Shown here: piece after piece, positions 55,153 to 64,000 of the stretch
How positions within the stretch are numbered: the first letter of the stretch is position 1
Layout of the letters: every line of letters begins with the position of its first letter
DNA from: Octopus vulgaris
Lineage: Eukaryota
Length of the DNA stretch: 64,000 nt
Reading direction: 5' to 3'
Assembly (NCBI GenBank): GCA_951406725.2
Contig: OX597820.1
Coordinates: 75,330,001-75,394,000, forward strand
The notes under the pieces: generated by a model
Told to the model about the DNA's origin: nothing
Databases searched by the model: none
What the model saw: only the letters and a program-made list of their open reading frames with translations
Position numbers and translations under genes: made by a program

Positions 55153-55538
55153 GTGGAGGCGCAATGGCCCAGTGGTTAGGGCAGTGGACTCGCGGTCATA
55201 GGATCGCGGTTTCGATACCGAGACCGGGCGTTGTGAGTGTTTATTGAGCAAAAGCACCTAAAAGCTCCACGAGGCTCCAGCAGGGGATGGTGGTGATACC
55301 TGCTGTACTCTTTCACCACAACTTTCTCTCACTCTTACTTCCTCTTTCTGTTGTACCTGTACTTCAAAGGGCCGGCCTTGTCACTCTCTGTGTCACGCTG
55401 AATATCCCCGAGAACTACGTTAAGGGTACACGTGTCTGTGGAGTGCTCAGCCACTTACGCGTTAATTTCACGAGCAGGCTGTTCCGTTGATTCGGATCAA
55501 CCGGAACCCTCGTCGTCGTAACCGACGAAGTGCTTCCA
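55153..55538 (+). mobile_element. SINE family C (tRNA-Arg-like head), full length
   Basis: ggaggcgcaatggcccagtggttagggcagtggactcgcggtcataggatcgcggtttcgatacc...cgtcgtaaccgacgaagtgc. Confidence 0.88.
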
Positions 55539-56168
55539 TAATCCTGAGTTTAAGATGGTGTTCTGATAAACACATTCAATGTTTGCGATCTGGAAGTTTA
55601 GTTAGTTCTCATAGCAAAATATATTCTTTGATTACTAAAGGCCAAAAAGAACCTTCTCCTTTGCACGCAGTTTTAGAAAATCAAATCCATTTTTCTCTAG
55701 GACGCATCTTTTCGGTAATTTTGGTTGACATACACGTATACATACATATGTACGTTAATAAGCTCATGAAGTGTACTTAAGTACGTACACTCATATTTGT
55801 ACAAATATATATGTATATATATTTATATATGTATATATATATAAATATATTTACACACACACGCACACACATACATACGCATATACATATATACATATAT
55901 ATATATATATACACATATATATGTATACATATATACATACATACATACATATATACATATATACATACATACGTATATACATATATATGGAGAATTGACA
56001 AAAAAAAACAAAACATGAAGGCACAACAAACGCATGTATTAGTTTAACGCTCGGGAAGTGAAAAAGTATTTAAGGTTTCGAGCCTAAGCTCTTCCGCAGA
56101 AAGGAACACAGAGAGAAACAAGGAGAGAAAATAAAGAATGTGTAGTGGCTAGCGATCTATTATGGCGA

Positions 56169-56279
<111 letters not shown>

Positions 56280-56288
56280 CATATATAC

Positions 56289-56480
56289 CAAGGCAGTGAA
56301 CTGGTAGAAATGTTAGAAAGCCGGTATTTCGTTAGTTTTTACGTTCTGATTTCAAATTCCGCCGCGGTCGATTTTGCCTTTTTTACTTTCGGGTTCGATA
56401 AGTTAAGTACCAGTTGCATACTGGGGTCGATCTAATTGATTGACCTCCTCCAAAAACATTTCCGTCCATGAATAGACAAG
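56289..56480 (+). mobile_element. SINE family A, diverged
   Basis: aaggcagtgaactggtagaaatgttag...tcaaattccgccg...aagtaccagttgcatactggggtcgat. Confidence 0.8.
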
Positions 56481-56491
56481 AGTATATCATA

Positions 56492-56541
<50 letters not shown>

Positions 56542-56542
<1 letters not shown>

Positions 56543-56905
56543 TCTTACACTTTTACTTGTTTCAGTCATATGACTGCTGCCATGCTGGAAGACCGACTTT
56601 AGTCGAGCAAATCGACCCTAGTACTCTATCGGCCTGTTTTGCCGAAAAGCTATGTTATTGGGACGTAACCGCACCAGCATCGGTTGTCAAACGATGTTGG
56701 GGTGACAAACACAGACACATAGATATATACATATACATATATACGAAGGGCTTATTTCAGTTTCCGTTTACCCAATCCACTCATTAGGCTTTGGTCGGCC
56801 CGAGCCTATTGTAGAAAATGATGCCCAAGGTGCCATGCAGTGGGACTGAACACGGAACCATGTGGTTGGTAAGCAAGCTTCCCACCACACAGCCACTCCT
56901 GTGCT
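56542..56905 (-). mobile_element. SINE family B
   Basis: Reverse copy, tail to head. Confidence 0.88.
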
Positions 56906-56961
56906 TATATATATATATATATATATACATATATACATACATACATACATACATATATATG

Positions 56962-57026
<65 letters not shown>

Positions 57027-57517
57027 TGTATGTGTATATATATATATATATTTATATAATAACACAATCGAAGGAAAAACAATTCTTTCAAAGATTTGTA
57101 AAGCATCCAGTTCACTGATACAGTAGTTGAGTATCACAGAAAAAATGGTATAAATACAAAATATGAATATTAAATTAAATAGAGAAATACACTTGACAAA
57201 ATAACAATTTATTTACATTATGGCATAATATGATATATAGTACAATATATAATATGATAAAAGATATACTATAGCATAACAAATTTAAAAAAAACAAACA
57301 AAATCAACAATTTGTTTTGAGTTATATACATTAGTTGATTTATAAAGTTTCCTATCCATGTATACTAGCCTCTTCAGGGCTTTGGTTTAAAAAAGAAGTA
57401 GACGATATTCCATGGAGTTTGATATGATATATTATATTAAACATTTAATTTTATATTATAATGTTAGTTTGTCTATTGTGTTTCTCTGCTTCATTTAATA
57501 TATACACACACACACAA

Positions 57518-57564
<47 letters not shown>

Positions 57565-57625
57565 TGTATGTATATACACACATATATCATGTATGAACGT
57601 ATATTTATTTATTTATCTAAATGTG

Positions 57626-57680
<55 letters not shown>

Positions 57681-58031
57681 GTGTGTATACACACAAACTT
57701 ACACGCACGCACCCACACACACGCACACGTACACACACATTCTCACACACGCACACACACATATGGATGCGGAAATAATGGTGGACTAACCAGCACTAGA
57801 AATATTGACTGCTAACATGCCCTGCGGGGGCGATTTTGTGTCTGTGCAAATGCCTTGACAATTGGAAACACATAAAATAATGCTAATTTCAAAATCTGCA
57901 TATCCATTTATTCTTCAGATATTTCAACATTTACTTCTAGTTTCCTATGCTTTCTGTACATACGTGTATATAGTTTTATGATGTTTGGGCACTTTATCTT
58001 AATTTTTATTTTTATTTCCTATCCATTTCTC

Positions 58032-58069
<38 letters not shown>

Positions 58070-58816
58070 TTTCATGGGAAGAATATGTATCTCGTAATTT
58101 TCTGTAGTGATTTAGAATGCGGTTTCGTAGAAGAGACTTCGTTAGTCTGTCGTCTAATGGCGAATTATTTTGAGGGGATTGATTGTGTGTGAGGCCGTCT
58201 ACGATGACTTAGATAACACTAATTTTGATATGACAGACTGCTAGAGGAACACACGATGTACGCTGAATTCTTAATGGTCACCCCACTCGTCCGTATACAT
58301 TATTTAGCAAGTTGCTCTTCACTTTACGTGACACAATTCACCATATTACATGTCAGCTTATATTAGTATTCTAATTTATTGTTGATTCAGTAGTTTCTTT
58401 ATATTGTCTATTTGTTTTTCTGTTTTTTGTTTTTTTTTCTTTTCCTCTCGTCTGTTTGTTTCCTCTTGTTACGTATTTCTTCTATTCTGAAGATGATTTT
58501 CAAAATGAACTGAATGCATTAAGAGAAACATTGTTATTATACCAGATATTACCGTCGGCAAAAATCTAACGAATGTCATCTGGTTCAGTAAATCAACTTC
58601 TTGTACCCTTTAACTAGAAAGAAATGTTATTTAACAGCCACGGGGCTCAATGTAAAGTATGTGGGCTTGTTCAGTGTCCATCACTAAGGTGCAGTTGTGA
58701 ACGTTGGCAACTGTCGCAAATGCAAAAATCAATAATTAATGCCTTCAGCCAGTAGTGGCACCTTCAGGCGAAAATGTAAAAGAAGGCATCCACATACGTG
58801 TGCATGCCTCCTTTCA

Positions 58817-58833
58817 TAATAATAATAATGATG

Positions 58834-58909
<76 letters not shown>

Positions 58910-58948
58910 TAATAATAATAATAATAATAATAATGATAATAATAATAA
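58817..58948. repeat. (AAT)n microsatellite
   Basis: Direct reading. Confidence 0.95.
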
Positions 58949-59129
58949 GGTGATATGGCATCGGTCTGAATGAAGGGGTTTGCAAACGATACAATGCTCT
59001 ATGCCGCATTCAGTGTCAGCTCAGGGAATCCTGGCGCCATTCAACTATTTCTACGCTATTTTATGGCGGCGCTGATATGTTGCATAAGCTATTATCATTC
59101 ATAAACTAATAATCTCATCTGCTAAGTGA

Positions 59130-59203
<74 letters not shown>

Positions 59204-60026
59204 CCTATCTATCTATCTATCTGTCTATCTATGTATCTATGTATCTATCTATCTATCTACCATTCTATCCACATATAAATATATATTTATATAGACACAC
59301 ACAAACACACATACACACGCATACACACACACACACGCACACACACATACATATATACATATATACATATATACATACTACATGTATTTATATATATGAT
59401 ATATATCATATATATGTGTATGCATATATACGTACGCACACACAGACACACAGGCTTGCATGTAATCAAACACACACACACATATATATATATATAATGT
59501 ATGGTAGTTGCCCGCGCTTATGTGTGGTAAAAGTTAGTCATTGTAAATGGCCATCACGAAGCAGCGCTATACTCGTATATTTATTTACACAATGATTTTC
59601 TCTGTCAATGCCCACTCCAGAAATTTGTTATTTTCACTTAACATTTACACCAATGCTTTTAACTAGTGTACACAAAATGGATTCTGCAAAGCAATTTACA
59701 TCTTAATTTATGGTTTAATGCGCTTTAAGTTATGTGTTAATGAGATAACGACGTGTGCGATATCTGCCGGGACAGCTACATATTATATGTGGAATATGTA
59801 TAAGAGTTTATCGTTTGTAATTTTTCTCTTAATTTCTGATTATTTTCCTTAAGTAGGTGTCTGTAGTATTTAGATATTTAGTATTTTACAGCCTTTAGAA
59901 ATGGTAACTATCTACATATAGAAAACTTGACAAATAAAGAAGTAACGATGCCAGCAGACTTGATGTGATAAATGAAGAATAAATAATAGCGATGAGAACA
60001 ATTATATAAGTATGTATGTGTGTGTG

Positions 60027-60065
<39 letters not shown>

Positions 60066-60069
<4 letters not shown>

Positions 60070-60351
60070 ATTGATTGATTGATTCTAGTTTCAGCTCACG
60101 AGTCGTGGCCATGCTGGGGCACCGCCATTTGGTGTTGCTACATGGTTTTACTTCACGAATGCTTTTTAGCAACTGCCATTTGGTGCATGAGAGAGTTCGA
60201 TGCAGCTGCCCTCATCTGCACCTCCTGCCGTGAAGTTGGTTCATCTTGGATACCTGACAAGAAAAGATCCAGTTTCATTTTAAAGACATCTGCATCCACC
60301 CCATGCAGGTCTCTTAGGTTCTTCGGGAGGATATTGAAGAGCTGTGGGCCT
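60066..60351 (-). mobile_element. 5'-truncated L2/Crack-like LINE 3' end
   Basis: GPQLFNILPKNLRDLHGVDADVFKMKLDLFLSGIQDEP...AASNSL; 3' UTR ends ggcggtgccccagcatggccacgactcgtgagctgaaac plus (AATC)n. Confidence 0.8.
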
Positions 60352-60704
60352 CACATACATACAGTGAAAAAGAGTAAAAACATTTGGACAAGGCACAGAA
60401 TCATATTTTAGAAAGTGTTCAGTAAAGTATCCATATTTGAGATCTTAATGAAATTTTGCTTTAGTCAGTCTCTCATAAATGTTTTGTCTAATTAGCTTTA
60501 GACTGGAGGGTTAAAGAGTTCAACTTTCAGGAAGTCATTTTACTTTATCGTGTATCTCCTTATTCTTGGTTTAGCCGGCTGTGTGTATGTGTTTGGAATC
60601 TATTGTCAAAAAGATTTTTCATTTCTTTCTTTATCTGGGGAGAGAAAATTGCATTGAGAGAAAATTGCATTTGGACACCTTCGCATCGAAGACCGGTTAT
60701 TGTC

Positions 60705-60747
60705 GTGCGCTGACGACGGGTAAATACTCAGAAACCCGCGTCCGTGC
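60705..60747 (+). ncRNA. Hammerhead-like motif (type I, imperfect)
   Basis: GUGCG-CUGACGA-cGGGU-aaau-ACUCa-GAAAC-ccgc-GUC-CGUGC; intact core and GUC triplet, wobble-rich stem I, mismatch at base of stem II. Confidence 0.55.
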
Positions 60748-61075
60748 GTATCACGTCAGGTCGTCGATGGGAAGGATGGCTTCCTTTTGCAAATATTGAT
60801 AGGACACAGAAAGTGTGTCAATTGTCAGCTGGAGATGTTCACGTGGGGCTACAAGCTACAGTAGCATCCACCCTTAGTGGTTAGCCACTTTTAAGTGGCA
60901 AATATACTTCACTTTGTCGTTCAGCTACTGTTTATACCTCGTTCAGAGAACTAGGGAGGATTTAATTTGTCATTTGTTTGGCTGAGAATGTGTGTGTGTG
61001 TGTGTGTTTAGGATATATTCTCCAAATAATATTCTTATCTTTTATTTCTATTGACAGGTCAGTAGTTCTGAGCAG

Positions 61076-61141
<66 letters not shown>

Positions 61142-61709
61142 GTGAGTGCGAATGTGTGTTGTTTTGTGTGTATGTGTGTACGTGTTGTTCTTGTTAATTT
61201 CGAAATATGTTTTGTATATTGTGGTGGCTTTGTATGTTGTGTCTTTTTGATTTTTTGGAGAAATGCTTTGTGCGTGCGTGTGCATGTGTATGTATGTGTG
61301 TCTGTGCGCGTGTGTGTGCGAGCGTGTGTGTGTGATATCTTGATGCGTTTGAGTGCGTGTGGGGGTGTATGGCAGATCCTTATTTGTTGATTGATAGTAG
61401 GTGTTTAGATATTTAGCTGTTGTTTTATATTTGTTAAAGGGTTTGGTAATGTTGTGTGTGTTTGTTTATTTTTTTGTGTAGTGTGTCTGTGTGTGTTGTT
61501 TTGACAAACTATTAAACCCCACAAAAAAAATGTTTTTCTCTCTTTCTGACACCCACCAGAATTCTTTCTAATATTTCTGATATTTGATAAGATGGATACA
61601 TTGAAACTAGTTATATTTTATTTAACATTCTCTGTAAACACCTTTCACACTTCGTTCATTCCACTCTTCTTTCTTTCGTTCCCCCACTCTCACATTTCCT
61701 GTCCTTCGC

Positions 61710-63362
61710 TTCATGATCATTTTATCATATTCTGGGGCGTGGCTGTTTCCCAAGAAGTTTTGAATACTCTTCTTGAAGGAAAACCAGGCATTCAATTCGA
61801 CACTTGCTAGTGCTTCCTCAAAATGCTTGTCCCTCATCAATTCCCGAATTTGAGGGCCAACATAGATTACTGCTGTTATCTTGCCTTCACTTATACAAGG
61901 AAACTTTGACTCCAGGTACTTGAAAGCAGCCCCATCTTTGTTCAGGGCCTTCGCAATATTTTTCATAACCGCTAACTTGATGTTGGTTGGGGGCAACACA
62001 GTTTTTGTAGGCCAACTAGCAGCACAGCTTTCACGTTGTGATTTCCGGGTAAGAAGCTGATTCTTGGTGACCAATCGTTTTCTTCGTAGTGCTGGCTGTC
62101 GGTGCTACTATCACAAAGACACAGAAACCAAGAATACTTAGTGTATCCCTCTTGAAGACCTTGTAGGAGAGCAATAACTTTTAAATCATCAGAAATGAGA
62201 AAATTGTGATTATGGTATTTGATTGCGGCGAGCTGGCAGAAACGTTAGCATACCGGGTAAAATGCGTAGCCGTATTTCGTCTGCCGATACGTTCTGAGTT
62301 CAAATTCCGCCGAGGTCGACTTTGCCTTTCATCCTTTCGGGGTCGATAAATTAAGTACCAGTTACGCACTGGGGTCGATATAATCGACTTAATCCGTCTG
62401 TCTGTCCTTGTTTGTTCCTTCTATGTTTAGCCCCTTGTGGGTAGTAAAGAAATAGGTATTTGATTGCAGTTATTACTCTCTTCAAATTTTCGTAAGTTCC
62501 TGGCATTTGGCCCCTATGGTCAATTGGCACAGATGTAGCTGTGTTGCCATTGTAATGAAAAACAGCCTTTAAACTTCTGTTAGAAGAATCCCCATTCATC
62601 TGCTTTATATCTGAAGAGCCCCCATTCATCTGCTTTATATGACATCCCCATGTGTTCAATAAGGCCGGAAATATTTGAACTGAAAACTAAAGAATCCTCT
62701 TTCTGAAAGAACTGAGTGAATTCCGCTTCACGATAACGGTACCAAACGAATGTTCTACCGGGAGCTAGAAGCCTGTGTTCTTGCAGTCTATAGCCAAGTA
62801 ACTGTGTGCACTTTCTTTTGGAAGGTTAAAGTCTCTAACCAAGTCACTGAGCTCAACGTGGTTGAAGAATTTGGGATCGTTATTTGTTGGTGATTCATAG
62901 TCTACTTCCATCCCATTAGTATCTCTAGTATCAGACTCTGATGAAATTTCCCGTGTCTCAAGTGCCACAGGTATAGGAATATCATCCGAGTGTAGAACAG
63001 GTCTTAGTGGTGAAGGAATATTTGGGTATATTATGCGATCTTTAGTCTTCTTGTTGAATCCAGCTACTTTACTCATACAAAAGTAGCAGTGGTTTATCTG
63101 ATCCCGCCATACCATTGGTACCCCAAAGGGCATACATTTAAGTTTTCCAGGTGACCACATTTGAAGCTTACTGATGCAAATCTTGCAAGCTTTGTGAGGT
63201 GCAAGTGGCCTGTTTTGGTCTCCCAATTTGCAGCCAAACTATGCTAAATAGCAGTGCTTCAACAAAGGAGTAATATTGCTCTGGGAATCTGAAGTGGTGA
63301 ATTGAACACCGACTTAGCAGAATATATCTGGTGAATTGATGCAGCCTCTAGGCGTATTCACA
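61710..63362 (-). pseudogene. Decayed DNA transposase, Chapaev3 (CMC superfamily)-like
   Basis: GCINSPDIFC, KLGDQ..APH..C..C, MPFGVPMVWR, CYFC, YPN..RPVLH, SDLVRD, DSS.RSLKAV..NGN, DLKV..LQ.GYTKY, LPPTNIKL..MK, GPQIR, FLGN; stops, frameshifts, 3' truncation; family name recalled from motifs. Confidence 0.75.
62227..62460 (+). mobile_element. SINE family A inserted into the transposase, with 13-bp TSD
   Basis: ggtatttgattgc at 62214-62226 and 62455-62467. Confidence 0.93.
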
Positions 63363-64000
63363 GTCTGAAAAGGAAGGAAATTATGTTAGATTTAATATTT
63401 AAGTCAATATAAGGTAAGCATCTTAATTTATCATATACGTATACAGAAAGAGAAAAGTAACGTCTCCGTATAACTTGACAACCTGATGTGATAGACAAGA
63501 ATAAAAAACACAATGACTCATTATTTTTCATATATATTCAGAAAAAGATACCATACAGCCAATAAAAAAAATATGCAGACCAGTGTAATTATAGAGTTCG
63601 GTAAATTAAGCGTATGGTAGTTACTTAATTTTCTGTAAATGCACACGCATACTCGCTTACAGGCACGCACGCATGCACTAACACACACACACACACTTAC
63701 GCACACAGAGAATCACACACTCATATACACTGACATGCTGTCACATTCGAAGACGTGTATAATGTATTTATTCGACGGCCTTATGGAAAGAAATATATGA
63801 CGATTCGTGGTCAATGTAAACAATTCTGATGGATTCGACCAGACATTAGATGTATGGAGAGAACAAATAGAATTTAGCCTATTGGTGACATACGTATATC
63901 CAGTTAATTACGAATAAGAACTAAAGCTGCTCCATGAAATGGTTTCGAGAGGTGAAAAACCCTGCGCAAGGAAAGCGACTAGAAAACGTATGGCAGAAGT

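Noticed and set aside
55153-55230. tRNA gene
   Set aside because: tRNA-like SINE head continuing into a SINE body; no proper acceptor stem. Same for the other SINE heads
57340-57382. Hammerhead on minus strand (CTGAAGA...GGAAAC)
   Set aside because: Could not form a convincing stem II or stem I

Overview
AT-rich, microsatellite-saturated eukaryotic DNA. The SINE families and composition point to a coleoid cephalopod, most likely Octopus; this is inferred, not confirmed. I found no intact host gene or convincing host exon, so the window reads as intronic or intergenic, and nearly all listed ORFs are microsatellite or SINE artefacts. Mobile-element content: (1) dozens of tRNA-head SINE copies from about five modular families, labelled A-E here for convenience; (2) 5'-truncated LINE ends of RTE, CR1, L2/Crack-like and R4/Dong type; (3) a near-full-length decayed Penelope-like element (RT + GIY-YIG) with a second Penelope fragment nested in the opposite orientation; (4) Tc1/mariner remnants; (5) a Chapaev-like transposase pseudogene interrupted by a SINE with a clear target-site duplication (TSD). 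Most notable: a 12-unit 44-bp tandem array built on a 20-bp palindrome (20807-21353), several minimal type I hammerhead-ribozyme motifs in different repeat families, long fold-back hairpins, and a LINE 3' end matching the tail of the commonest SINE. Boundaries were read by eye and are approximate.
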